This document shows, in pieces, positions 25,000 to 38,649 of a stretch of 64,000 nucleotides of DNA. The DNA is taken from positions 73,594,001 through 73,658,000 of the forward strand of contig NC_042999.1 in the NCBI RefSeq assembly GCF_006345805.1, written 5' to 3'. This DNA comes from Octopus sinensis (taxonomy: Eukaryota). Each line of letters opens with the position of its first letter. Position 1 is the first letter of the stretch. The notes below the pieces were generated by a model that was not told the DNA's origin, searched no databases, and was given only the letters and a program-made list of their open reading frames with translations. The position numbers and the translations under genes were made by a program.

Positions 25000-25680
25000 A
25001 ATGTAGGTAAAATGAGAGGTTATGGGCAGTATGGCAGGGTTAGCAAATTGACAAGGTATTTCTAATCTAAGAAGTAGATGGAGCTGAAACAACTTAGCTC
25101 TGACCTTCTTGTGCCATTTTACTCAAATAATTTGCACAACTTTGTTTTTATCAAAGTTCTCAAGAGCCAGACAACTGGTGAATGCTAGTTAATACTTCAA
25201 GATTTGGCTACTGAACCCATAGTGGTTGTAACTAAAGAGGTAAAGAAACTCAGGATGTAAAAGTATTTGTTAATGATTGTCTTTTCATCTTTGAAACATC
25301 AGAGAGTTGGTGAGGTAAGAGAAGTCTTTAAGAACGTTGCTTCTTTAGATTGCTACTGTAGATGAAGAAACATTGAAATATCTGGTAAAACGGGAATTAG
25401 CTGTGAAGCATATTGTTTCATGATAAAGAAACTGTTAGATGTTGTTTTGTTAGGTTGGAATGATTGAAGATTTTGCACTTGGTGATTGTATGTGATTGTG
25501 AAAGTAGAGTCTGGGAGAAGTCATGTTGAGGATGTGCAGTGTGGAATTGGGAACAGTAGGCAGCAAATGTGGCAACATTTACAGCTGGCATGATACAGTG
25601 CTTTCTTAGTTGAGGGATGGCACACATAAGGGTTGCCGAATCACAGATTGCACTCCTGTTAATCATGTATTGCTAATTTC
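25000..25680 (-). mobile_element. Decayed LINE fragment (endonuclease-RT linker region)
   Basis: Degenerate linker-like translation overlapping ORF 25418-25666. Family uncertain. Confidence 0.35.
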
Positions 25681-25857
25681 AATTATTTATTCTGTATAAC
25701 ATTTATTGGCATTAGGAAGGACATTCAGCTTTAGAAGCCAAGCCAAACAAGACTATGATAAGAATAGTTTATTTCATCTTGTTTCCGTTTACCTAGTCAT
25801 CAAGAATAGGGGGTCATATTGAATAATATTGATTTCTAACATAGATACAAGATCATA

Positions 25858-25915
25858 GATTTTATAGTAGTAGTGTAGTTGGCCATATGGCCAACTACAC
25901 TACTACTATAAAATC
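25858..25915. repeat. Perfect 58-bp spacerless palindrome
   Basis: gattttatagtagtagtgtagttggccat|atggccaactacactactactataaaatc, all 29 pairs checked. Confidence 0.95.
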
Positions 25916-28000
25916 ACTACTATCGATCACTAGTTGATTGCTGTGTATTTTATCAATCTTCTGAAAATGAAAAGTAAAACGGACCTTGATGAATTTTGAA
26001 CTTAGAACAAGGGATTAGACACCGCAAGGTATCTTGGCCACCATTCTGCTGGTTCTGCCATTCTGCTACCTCTGCTGTTGTTACTTGTGACAGACTAGTA
26101 TCCTTTCTAAAGAAATTTATCTCTGATCTATTCCCATATCATTAACTAGAGTTAACTATAGGCTTTCAACATTTTTCTACAATGAATGAACCATGATGAC
26201 TTTCTTGACTTGTGCTTAATGTTCATCATTGAATTTTCATGGGAAAAATACAAAGGTGGTTTCTAGTTCCTTTCTTTTGGGTATTTTTTGCCAGACACCC
26301 TCCTGTCTGCTAGAAACAGATAGGTTCACTATATTTACCTGATTGCTCAGAAGACAATTAACTTTGCATAAAGTTACCACAGTCTTAAAGAGATGGAATA
26401 GCTGTGGCTGGAATAACTCTTATCCTAAATATCTTTGATCTGGGGCTAAACAACAAAACATTCAAATGAATATGTGTCAACTTCTGACTCTCAAATTACT
26501 GCAAATCCCTTACCTTAAATATGAACAAAATTCACAACTTGCCCAGATTCCATATTTAAGATATTTTACGTAACCATATTTTTCAATTCTTTCTGAAGAT
26601 TTATGCCTTCAGTGACTGTTTATTGGTTGCCTGTAGAGTTTGAAGGTAAAAAGGCATACCAGTAATATACTGCTGTCAAAACCATCAATAACAATACACC
26701 ATGCTTTTGTCCATCATTTAATGTCTACTTTTCCTTGTTTGGATAGGTTAGGCAGAATATGTTATGGCTGAACCCTCAACCATTTCTCAGTAAGGTTATA
26801 TTTCCCTTTGGTCAGATATATTTTCAATGAAGACACGAAGGATACTGCATGTAAAACATGTAATACTTGCTTACATCCATCATACAATGTCAAGATAAGG
26901 AGACAAAAACATTCATGTGCATACGCATACACACAACAAGATTTCTTTCATACCTCAACATTTCTATAAATAATATCAAACAACAGGTTATTGGTTAAAG
27001 TTACGCAACAAATATCACTAATATCATAAAGTTCAATGTTAATAATTAAGACAAATTTAATATATTCATATTTTACAGTGTAGTTATTTATTTATATTTT
27101 ACATTGTAACCAGTGATCATTGGTCACAAACTACAGACTCCCAACAGACCAATATAATGATGAAGTGTTTGTAACTCAATGTAGAAGAAATATCTTAAGA
27201 TTTCCCAATTCAGTTATAAAAGGTTTTTAGTTTTTCTCTTCAATGTTTTTCCCTTCACACATATACCAGGCATCCACAGTTCTCATCTGCAATCACTCAA
27301 GCTTTTTATAATAGCAGCCAAAGCTTCCTCAGATTAAACCCTACTGCCTTGGAAAAGTAAAGATATAGTGGATGACATGGTCTTGGATACACTATTCCTG
27401 AACATAAGACAGGATTGTCATGAATGGAATATCTTTGATTAAAGGTGTGCTAACAAAAACAGCAATCAAATTTCATTCACAATGGTATTAGTCAACATCA
27501 TGGTATCACAAAGGGGAATCAAAACCAGGATCACATGCTTCAGAAGCAGCCATGCTGCATCCATTATAGATCATGGATCCCTAATCTAAAATTCAAATTA
27601 GAAATCAAGGTAGTTCAGGTGAATTCAACATACTGTTGGAATTGGAAAGAAAGATAAAATTTGATTAGTGTACTTACTTGTAAATACTATATTTAACCTA
27701 AAGTCCTAAAAGCAAAATCTAAAGACCAGCCCAACCTCTCTCACATGTCAAGCAGGTCACACACATACCACTAGGTCACTCTACCACCATCCTATAATGT
27801 ATAATTGTCAAGAGCTTAAAACAGCTTAAATATTGATATGCAATATAACACATAATTGTCAACAGCTTAACATACTTAAATGGTGTAAACAGTATGCCTT
27901 GTATGGCTGCAGGATATAGTTATAACAAGACGTAAATATTTTGGCTGTTGCTTATTGTACTCTGCAGAGCTTTATATATGTATATGTATATATATGTATC

Positions 28001-28332
28001 GTGATGCATATATGCCATTTGAATATGGCTAACCCATAAGGGTGGATGCTACTGTAGTTTATAGCCCCAGGAAGATACCTCCTCCAGCTGGCTATAGACA
28101 CACTATCTGTGTCCTGTCAGTATTTGTGAAGGGGAGTCATCCTCCCCGTCTTCAACACATGATACACACGTACCCGAGTTTCAAGGTGTTTACCTTTCAT
28201 CAGCGTGTGACAATCATGGTTGTCGATGAGAAGTCAGATCCCTTCACAAATACATATACTTCCTGGGGCTACAAACTACAGTAGCATCCACCCTTATGGG
28301 TTAGCCATATTCAAATGTCATATATGCATCAC
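28001..28332. mobile_element. 332-bp element with 74-bp terminal inverted repeats and an inner 14-bp inverted repeat
   Basis: 28001-28074 versus 28259-28332 (2 mismatches); 28120-28133 versus 28240-28253 (perfect). Confidence 0.92.
28158..28218 (-). ncRNA. Intact canonical type I hammerhead ribozyme
   Basis: Minus strand: catgat-tgt-cacacg-CUGAUGA-aaggu(aaac)accuu-GAAAC-ucgg-GUA|cgugug-u-aucaug. All core residues and all three helices are present. Confidence 0.9.
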
Positions 28333-28463
28333 AATGTGTTACCGCTACTGTTTATAACTCGCTCTGAGATTTATCATTATATATATGTATGTATATATAT
28401 GAATGTATATGTATATGTGTATATATATATGTATATATATATGTATGTATATATGTATATATA

Positions 28464-30822
28464 TCATCATCATCATCATTTAACGTCCGCTTTCCATGCT
28501 AGCATGGGTTGGACGGTTCAACTGGGGTCTGGGGAGCCCGAAAGCTGCACCAGTCCAGTCAGATCTGGCAGTGTTTCTACAGCTGGATGCCCTTCCTAAC
28601 GCCAACCACTCCGAGAGTGTAGTGGCTGATTTTATGTGCCACCGACACAGGTGCCAGACGAAGCTGGCAAACGGCCACGCTCGGATGGTGTTTTTTATGT
28701 GCCACCGACACAGGTGCCAGACGAGGCTGGCAGACGGCCACGCTTGGATGGTGTTTTTATGTGCCACCGACACAGGTGCCAGATGAGGCTGGCAAACGGC
28801 CACGATCGGATGGTGCTTGTTACGTGCCCACAGCACGGAGGCCAGTCGATACGGTACTGGCTACGGCCACGTTCGGATGGTTTTATTGTGTGCCACGTGC
28901 CACCGGCACTGGTACCACAAAGATACAAATTCCATTGATGTTCATCTATTTTGATTTGTTTTGATTTGATTTTCACTTGCCTCAACAGGTCTTCACAAGT
29001 GTCACAAGAAGGAAGGTATGCACAGGTGGACTGACTACGTCCCAGGTAGGGGCCATGGGTTATGGCCTGACTAGTCTTGCCGGGTCTTCGGATGGTGTTT
29101 TTATGTGCCACCGACACAGGTGCTAGATGAGGCTGGCGAACGGCCACGATCGGATGGTGTTTGTCATGTGCCCACCGCACTGACTACAGCACTGATGGAT
29201 TTCTTGTGTGCCACAGGCACTGGTACCACAAGATACAAATTCCATTGATGTTCATCTATTTTGTCTATTTTGATTTGATTTGATTTGATTTGATTTTCAC
29301 TTGCCTCAACCGGTCTTCACAAGTGTCACAAGAAGGAAGGTATGCACAGGTGGACTGACTAGTCTTGCCGGGTCTTCGGAAGGTGTTTTTATGTGCCACC
29401 GACACAGGTGCCAGATGAGGCTGGCGAACGGCCATGATCGGATGGTGTTTGTTACGTGCCCACAGCACGGATGCCGCTCGATGCGGAACCGGCTACGGCC
29501 ACGTTCGGATGGTTCTCATGTGTGCCACCGGCACTGGTACCACAAAGTGTGTGCCACCGGCACCACAAAGATAGAGATTCCATTGATGTTCATCTATTTT
29601 GATTTGTTTTGATTTTGATTTTGATTTTCACTTGCCTCAACAGGTCTTCACAAGTGTCACAAGAAGGAAGGTATGCACAGGTGGACTGACTACGACCCAG
29701 GTAGGGGCCATGGGTTATGGCCTGACTAGTCTTGCCGGATCTTCGGATGGTGTTTTTATGTGCCACCGACACAGGTGCTAGATGAGGCTGGCGAACGGCC
29801 ACGATCGGATGGTGTTTGTCATGTGCCCACAGCACGGAGGCAGTCGATGCGTACTGGCTACGGCCACTTTGGATGGCTTTCTCTTGTGTGCCACCGCACT
29901 GGTACCACAAAGATACAAATTCCATTGATGTTCATCTATTTTGATTTGTTTTGATTTGATTTGATTTTGATTTTGATTTTGATTTTCACTTCCCTCAACA
30001 GGCCTTCACAAGTATCACAAGGAGGAAGGTATGCACAGTGGACTGACTACGTCCCAGTAGGGGCCATGGTTATGGCCTGACTAGTCTTGCCGGTCTTCGG
30101 ATGGTGTTTTTATGTGCCACCGACACAGGTGCTAGATGAGCTGGCGAACGCCACGATCGGATGGTGTTTGTCATGTGCCCACAGCACGGAGGCCAGTCGA
30201 TGCGGTACTGGCTACGGCCACTTTCGGATGGTTTTCTCTTGTGTGCCACCGGCACTGGTACCACAAAGATACAAATTCCATTGATGTTCATCTATTTTGA
30301 TTTGTTTTGATTTGATTTTGATTTTAATTTTCACTTCCCTCAACAGGCCTTCACAAGTATCACAAGGAGGAAGGTATGCACAGGTGGACTGACTACGTCC
30401 CAGGTAGGGGCCATGGTTTATGGCCTGACTAGTCTTGCCGGGTCTTCGGATGGTGTTTTTATGTGCCACCGACACAGGTGCTAGATGAGGCTGGCGAACG
30501 GCCACGATCGGATGGTGTTTGTCATGTGCCCACAGCACGGAGGCCAGTCGATGCGGTACTGGCTACGGCCACTTTCGGATGGTTTTCTCTTGTGTGCCAC
30601 CGGCACTGGTACCACAAAGATACAAATTCCATTGATGTTCATCTATTTTGATTTGTTTTGATTTGATTTTGATTTTGATTTTCACTTCCCTCACAGGCCT
30701 TCACAAGTATCACAAGGAGGAAGGTATGCACAGGTGGACTGACTACGTCCCAGGTAGGGGCCATGGTTTATGGCCTGACTAGTCTTGCCGGGTCTTCGGA
30801 TGGTGTTTTTATGTGCCACGAC
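28464..30822 (-). repeat. Tandem array (~350-bp unit, at least 6 junctions) derived from an RTE LINE 3' UTR, running into the gap
   Basis: Junction gtcttc|ggatggtg at ~29089, 29378, 29744, 30098, 30447 and 30797. The (CAT)n tail is at 28464. Three ~60-bp sub-repeats at 28630-28815. Confidence 0.93.
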
Positions 30823-30922
30823 NNNNNNNNNNNNNNNNNNNNNNNNNNNNNNNNNNNNNNNNNNNNNNNNNNNNNNNNNNNNNNNNNNNNNNNNNNNNNN
30901 NNNNNNNNNNNNNNNNNNNNNN
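30823..30922. other. Assembly gap (100 N)
   Basis: Run of N. Confidence 1.
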
Positions 30923-32089
30923 TATATAGATCTATATATTATGACTATTATATTCATGAAAGGGTGTATTTCATTTTGGTTGCCCAGCCACCCAAGAGAT
31001 ACTGGCAGGCTGACATAGTGAATTATCCCCTTTGCGAGATTTACTGCATGCTGATACGTAATATGGGGCCACAAGTGTTTTCTCCAAGTATAATAAGATA
31101 TCTGTCTCTATCCCTCTGTTATGCTTCAACCTCTCAACCAGCACAAAAGCCACATCCCTCATATCACATCCTCTCCCAGCTGTGGTGGGGTTTTTGTCTT
31201 GGAAGTTACTTGGCCACCCTGGTGGTGCTGGGCGACATAAAAAGCTCTCATTTCACTCTGTAAAGTAGTTGGCATTAAGAAGGGCATCCAGCCATAAAGA
31301 CCATGCCAAAACAGAGCCTGGTGCAGTTGGTCTGTCTTGCCAGCTCCTGTCAAACCATCCAACTCATGCCAGCATGGAAGACAAACATTAAGCTGATAAT
31401 GATGAATCTCACACATGATTTGTGCAGTCAAAACATCACTGAGATTTTCATGCATAGCACTTAACTCTAATCCCTTGAGTCACTATGTAACTTCTGCTGA
31501 TTAAAAGCAAAAAATACATATAATTTTGACAATGACTTTATGTTTGCATAGGGTGGATGGAATTTATTGATGCAGATTTTCTACAGCTGGATGCCCTTCC
31601 TATTACCAACACTCACCTGTTCTCAAGCTAAGTAATATTTCCTGATAGCTAGATATGTTTTCTGTAGAATATTGAAAATGAATGACACTGCTTGTATGAT
31701 AGTTACACTAATTTACAATCACCTGATATCACAATAAGGAGACACACACACAAACAAACATACACATATGTGCACAAACACACACACACACACACACACT
31801 GGATAAACTGAGTCTAAAAGTTTGAAATAAACTATATATATTTGTGTGTGTGTTTGTGTATTATACACACACACACATGTAGAGATTGGTTTTTAAGTCT
31901 GGATATTTCCAGTCATTTTATTTAGCTACATTAATAACATTTTCAACATGGTTTCCTCCATTAGTGATGTAAAGTTCGAAGTGCTTTGTGAGATTCATAT
32001 GAATCTGATGCAGTAACTCTGTATTTCCGTCAATTTGAGAACATTCATTCATGATGGGTTCCTTCAGATGATCCAGACCTTATCATCCC

Positions 32090-32490
32090 TGTGCATGGCT
32101 ATGTGATTAAAAAGCTCATGTCCCAACCATGTGGTTTCAGGTTCAGTCCCATTGTATGCCACCTTTGGCATGTTTCTTCTCCTATAGTTACCGCTGGCCA
32201 AAACTTTGAGAGTGAATTTAGATGACAGAAACTGAAAGAAGTTCATTGAATATGTATGTGATGTGAGCATCCTCATCTTGATGTGTGATGGTTGTAAACA
32301 AGTGTCACCATCATACAATGTTGTTAGTATCTAGATCTGTAAAAAACATATCAGGCCATGATGAATTTTTACTTTACTTGGAAACAGATGGTTAGCAACA
32401 GGACATCCAACCATAGAAAATACACTTTGACAAAGTCCATCTGATCCATGCAAGCATGGAAAAGTGAACATTAAAACTATGATGAGCATA
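32090..32490 (+). mobile_element. CORE-like SINE head followed by an RTE-type 3' tail
   Basis: The tRNA-like head is shared with 2800-2952. The 3' end resembles ccatgc(a)agcatggaaa..acattaaa..atgatg. Confidence 0.6.
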
Positions 32491-34955
32491 ATTGTGAAAT
32501 GTTTCTACAAACTGGTTCACTTTGTAAAAATTATAAGCACATGTTTCATCTGTTAAAATTTAATGAAGGTTGATGACTGGAATTTTTCCAAATTAAATAT
32601 ACTTACACCACTAAAGTAACGAGGTTTCAAATTTCAGAAGAACTGCATAGGAATTCAGGTCTATCACATTTAACTGCAGTGCTACATGGAAAAGTGCATA
32701 AACAAGCATACACATCAGGAGTACATTTAATCTCTCTTTTTAACTTGCTTCAGGCAGTAGAATGCAGTCAGGCTTGAGCACTGCACTGAAGGATACAATT
32801 GAACAAACTGACCCCTTATTTTTAAGTCTGGTATTTAATTTGCCAAAATGTTAACTTATGGGGATGTAAACAAACCAACACCTGTTGTCAAGCAGTGAAG
32901 TTGGATGAACACAGATACACACACACATAGCTATATGACAGGCTTCTTTCAGTTTCAGGCTACCAAATCCACTTACAGAGCTTTGGTTGGCCTGGGGCTA
33001 TAAAAGACACTTGCCCAAGGTGCTATGCAGTGGAACTGAACATGAAACTATGTGGTTAGGAAGCAGACTTTGTGGCACATAACTGATGAAGTCTGTGATT
33101 GTACTTTTTTTTTTAAGTTGACCAGTTTGTAGAAGGACATAGTGTTCCAGTGGTATATTTATTCTGGAATATTTATATATATATATCTATTTTTTTATAT
33201 TCTGTTGTCTACTTAATAAAGCTCTAAATATTAGTTTATTAGCATTCTCTTAGAGTCCTCCCTCAGAAAGCATTTCTTACTGTATTTTGAAAAATCGTGT
33301 GTATGCACAAAGAGTTTCTGAACCCAAGTAAATCTTAAAAAGGAAATTGGGGAAAGAAATTTTTCTTCTTTCTCTAAGAAACTTACTTAAAATTGAAAAC
33401 AATTAACAAAATTGTCATTTGTTTTACAAATCATTTATTAATAATTTTCGCAGGGCAGGGAATAATTAAAACACTTTTGCAACATTGATATTTCTGCAAC
33501 TGAAACAGTATTAAGATGTGTAATGATGAACATAAGTGTAAAGAACTGACTCAAAATAACAAGTGGAAACCCTTATTCACATGAATAACAGCTGCGTGCA
33601 GAGAGGTTAAAAAAAAATCTCATATAGCACTTGTTTGGTTTTATGTGTAGTTCTTGTCTCTTTGCAATTTTACTGCTGGGATTAATACTGAAATGATGAC
33701 CATCATCTTTACTCTTATGAAGAATATTTCACAGTGACAATTTCAGTAAGTTGTTAGCTCAGTTAATCTGTAATCTATTTAGTAACTTGGAACAGATTAC
33801 AAACTGGAATGGAGGAGGGTTAATAACTGTAACAGATTATAGATCATGGAATCACTAACTAATCTATAATCTAAAATAGATGTTGGTAGTTTGGATGAAT
33901 CTAAAATACTATTGAGAGAGAGAGAGAGAGATTCTGAACCAAGAACACCTTAAACAGCCTTCAATAGTTTGACACATTACTGAGGAACTGTTGGAAATTG
34001 TTTCTTACACTGCACCAAACATTATCATGTCTGCAAGCTATGAGTAACAAATTTGCAACACTATTTGTTAAAGTATCTTTCTTCCAAGAGAGAAGTTAAG
34101 AATACTTGAGGTGGGGTAATACTAGATTATTAGTTTACGGGCAATTTTCTCTCTCTCTCTCTCACTGAGATATGCTTATTAACAGATCTATTACTTTTTT
34201 ATTCAGTCATGAATTTGTGTATATGAGAGAGAGAGAGAGAGAGAAAGAGTGCACACACAGGAACTGAAATAATTTTATGGTGAAAGAGGTAGGAGGGGTT
34301 CAAAACCTTTTAAAGACCAAGATTTCAACTTATTTGGGTTTCATTCAGCTTTAGTGCTGCTAAAACACTTGTATGGAATTAATTCATAGACTCCATGATT
34401 TTACACACAAACACACATATATATATACACATTCAATTTATATATGTTCAATGTGGTATATATATAACCATGAGTAAAAGCAAAAAAAAAAAAGAGTATA
34501 TACAAATAGATGAGAAGCAACAAAACAAATGGAAAGAAAAATAAACTTATGAAGATAGACTGAAATGTGTATATGTGTGTATGAGAATCCAATGAATTTT
34601 TTTTTTTTGCTGTTTTATTCCAAGTGTTGGTTCTTTCTTGTGATGTCATTGTGTTTGTTTGGTTAATATAAAGAAAACCAAATGGAAAAGTATAAAATAT
34701 TGAATAAAAGGCATCAACTGAAAGCAGACATTGGTTTTGAGCTGAAAAAGTTTATCAAAATGCGAACACACATACTCACACATGTAATTATATATTTATA
34801 CATACACACATATACACATTCACTCATGCATGTATGCATGCACATGTATACATACACACAAAATAAAAATATAAGGGACTCCTCCATAAAAAAGTTAATG
34901 CACCAGACAGATAATAGAATGAAGAAATTGTGTTGCATTCTTAGTAAAGCTATAT

Positions 34956-34997
<42 letters not shown>

Positions 34998-35010
34998 ATA
35001 TATATATGAA

Positions 35011-35041
<31 letters not shown>

Positions 35042-35179
35042 GATAAGACAGAAAGAAAAAGAAAAAGAAAATTCCTAGTTCTTAAATTATCAGAAGGTAG
35101 AGACTTCTTCTGAATTATAGAGTCTCTATAATTCCACTTACTTGCTTTAAATAAAAGGAAAGAAAAAAATCAATGTTGC

Positions 35180-35420
35180 CAATGCTGGCAGAATCGTTAG
35201 CGTGCCGGCAAAATGCTTAGTGATATTTTGTCTGCCATTACGTTCTGAGTTCAAATTCCGCCGAGGTCAACTTTGCCTTTCATCCTTTCAGGGTCGTTAA
35301 ATTAAGTACCAGGTACGCACTGGGAGGTGGGGGGTGAATGTAATCAACTTAATCCCTTCGTCTGTCCATGTTTGTCCCCTCTATGTTAAGCCCCTTGTGG
35401 GCAAGAAAGAAATAAGAATA
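35180..35420 (+). mobile_element. tRNA-derived SINE (Meta-domain-like)
   Basis: A-box TGGCAGAATCG, B-box GAGTTCAAATTCC, central gaggtcaactttgcctttcatcctttcagggtcg, A-rich tail. Confidence 0.85.
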
Positions 35421-35990
35421 AAAATTATATGTGCTACACTGGAATGGGGCAAAGAATCAAACATATTTGTATTTAGTTTTATTGGTTTACAAAGTATTAT
35501 TTTTAAAGAATTGGAATTTTTAATATCTCGAACTTAAAGAAAGTATTATGTATTATGTAAAAGAAATTGAAAGTGAAAAAATAAAAACACCCATAAGTGA
35601 CTATTAATATGTTCTTTAGAAAAATTGAAAGAAAAATATAAAACAGTAAGAGTTAAAAAATGATAACTGCTAATTAACAAATCAAATAATTTTGGATGAA
35701 AAAAGAAGAGAGAAAATATATAAATGTAATTATTAAGAACAATGTTCATAAAAGTTTAGAAATAAAAAGTATACTTTCCCTACCAACATCAGTAGTTTGG
35801 GGGATTTTAATGTTTTAAAACTAAATGGGAGAAAAACAGACAGATGCGGGTAAGTGTGCATGTATATATATTTATAGATACACACACAGACACATACATG
35901 CACAGATGCAAACACATACACACACATGTACAAATACACACAATGTGTGAACATGCATGTGTGTCTGTGTATGCATAAATATATCACTGT

Positions 35991-36283
35991 GATCACTGTG
36001 ACCAACCAGGCTATCAGATGTTGCTACACATCGCTGGTCACAATGTGCTTCGCATTGTTTTAGCCTTCAAATGACGCCACCCTGCTGGCTAAGCGAGCAG
36101 ACCAACAGAAGAAATAGTAAGAGAAAGTTGTGGTGAAAGGGTACAGCAGGGATTACCCCCCACCTCGTGGAGCTATAGGTGTTTTCGTTCAATAAACACT
36201 CACAACACTCAGTCTGGGAATTGAAACCATGATCCTACAACTGCAAGTCTGCTGCCCTAACCACTGAGCCATTGCGCCTCCAC
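35991..36283 (-). mobile_element. tRNA-derived SINE (head family shared with 40115-40450; tail shared with 58216-58325)
   Basis: Minus strand gtggaggcgcaatggctcagtggttaggg...gtttcaattccc. Confidence 0.8.
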
Positions 36284-36759
36284 ATTACACAAACTCATAT
36301 GTATATGTGTGCAAGTGAATATACACCCACACACAATGGAACATTTGGAAGAAAAAGCTGGAAAACAGGTTTATCTCAAATTTGCTGTTGGCTGACTGGA
36401 TTATAAAGGAAAAAAAAACAAAGTTTTAACAAATCCCATGTATAAACGAGAAAAAGAAAATATCACATGTAATGCTGAAGTATGAGGTTAATTTTTTAAA
36501 AAAGACACATGCACACACAAACAGAACAAAAACGTGAAGTGATAGTGAGTAATGATTTAATGGGTAAATGAATCACCCAACATCAACATTAGTGATTAAT
36601 GTAGTGGGTGATGGTGGCTGTTGTTTAGTAGTAAGCTTCTGATAATGGATAGGTAGACATAATATCCTATAGCTCAGATATCTGTCACAGACAACTAATT
36701 ATGAGGGACTAAAAGTAACATTCTAGATAATGGTTTTTTTCTTTGGTGAATATTGTATG

Positions 36760-36802
<43 letters not shown>

Positions 36803-36891
36803 TATGATATTAGATACATACACATACGATATATATATATCTATCTATCTATATATATATACTATGATATTAGATACATACACATACGATA

Positions 36892-36921
<30 letters not shown>

Positions 36922-36922
<1 letters not shown>

Positions 36923-37390
36923 CATCCTCATCATCATCATCATTTAACGTCCGCTTTCCATGCTAGCATGGGTTGGACGATTTCACTGAGGTCTGGCGAA
37001 CCAGACTCCAATCTGATCTGGCAGAGTTTCTACAGCTGGATGCCCTTCCTAACGCCAACCACTCTGAGAGTGTAGTGGGTGCTTTTACGTGCCACCAGCA
37101 CAAGGGCCAGTTTGGTGGTACTGGCAACGGCCACACCCAAATGGTGCTTTTTACGTGCCACCTGCTCAGGAGCCAGTCTAGCGGCACTGGCGACGACCTC
37201 GCTCGAATATTTCACATGCCACCAGCACAAGTGCTGGTAAGGCGACGCGGTAACAATCACACTTGAATGGTGTTTTTAACATGCCATCGGCACGGAGGCC
37301 ATCTTGTTGCTCTGGCAACGTTCTTACTCGTATGGTACTCTTAGCGCTCCACTAGCAATGGATGCCAGTCACCGAATTTGATTTCAACTG
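36922..37390 (-). mobile_element. RTE 3'-UTR copy (same subfamily as 45950-46523)
   Basis: Reverse complement of ~46055-46523 with a (CAT)n tail. Confidence 0.88.
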
Positions 37391-37396
37391 CATATA

Positions 37397-38530
37397 TCAT
37401 CATCATCATCGTTTAACGTCCGTTTTCCATGCTAGCATGGGTTGGACGGTTCGACCAGGGTCTGGGAAGCCAGGAGGCTGCACCAGGCTCCAGTCTGATC
37501 TGGCAGTGTTTCTACAGCTGGATGCCCTTCCTAACACCAACCACCCCATGAGTGTAGTGGGTGCATTTTACGTGCCACTGGCATGGGGCCAGAGCAGGCT
37601 GGCAACAGCCACGATTGGTTGGTGCTTTTTATGTGTCACCAGCACGGACGCCAATCAAGGTGGCACTGGCATCAGCCACATTCGGATGGTGCTTTTTACA
37701 TGCCACTGGTACGGGTATCACAACTACAATATCCATTTTGATTTTTATTTTGATGTTGATGTACTTGATTTAATAGGTCTCCTCAAGCACAGCAGGTAGC
37801 CCTATGATCCAAGGTTAACACAGGAGGTAGCCCTTCAAGCCATGAACTCTCTTCATTTGTCAGGTCTTCACAGTCACAGCTTATCTCCAGAGATCTTGGT
37901 CTTTCGTCATTGCCCCTGTGAGGCCTAATGTTCAAAGGTCATGCTTGACCACCTCATCCCATGTCTTCCTGGGTCTACCTCTACCCTGAATTCCTTCAAC
38001 AGTTTAGGAGTGGCACTTCTTCACGCATCTCTCCTCGTCCATCCGTAGTACATGACCATACCAACGCAAACGTCTCTCCTGCACACCACATCTGATGCTT
38101 CTTATGTCCAACATTTCTCTCAAGGTACTTACACTTTGTAGTGTATGCACACTGACATTACACATCCAACGGATCATGCTAGCTTCATTTTTTTTCGAGC
38201 CTATGCATGTCCTCCACAGTCACGGCCCATGTTTCACTGCCGTGAAGCATGGCAGTTCACACACATGCGTCATACAATCTATCTTTCACTCTGAGCGAGA
38301 GACCCTTTGTCGCCAGTAGGGGAAGAAGCATCCACCCCTACTACAGACTTGGTCACCAAGGTAGCGGAAGCTATCAACTACTTCTTATTTCTCCCCCTGG
38401 AGTGTGATGGAATCTGTTTTCTGAGCATCTGTGGTGTCTATTGCCCCTGTTCATCTGCCGCACATGAAAGCTATCTTCTCGGTTAATTTTCCTTTGATGT
38501 TGCTGCACCTCTTATATGTCCATAGCTTGA
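37397..38530 (-). mobile_element. 5'-truncated RTE LINE with internal deletion and a distinct 3' UTR
   Basis: The ORF C-terminus (IAFMCGR..DSFRYLGD..VVKHDL) runs contiguously into a 3' UTR that ends in (TGA)n. Confidence 0.9.
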
Positions 38531-38649
38531 GTTGAGGCACCAGAATTTAGTATGGTATTATCCATACAATTTCAAAATAAGTGCACTGCACTGTTCTTTT
38601 ACTGACGCTTGTACATTACCCTATGTACTATACATACACTTCAGATGAG

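Noticed and set aside
28630-30822. CRISPR-like regular repeats
   Set aside because: Intervening sequences are themselves repeated rather than unique spacers, there are no cas genes, and the unit is homologous to the RTE 3' UTR.
35180-35270. tRNA genes
   Set aside because: A and B boxes are present but run into SINE bodies, and no complete cloverleaf forms.
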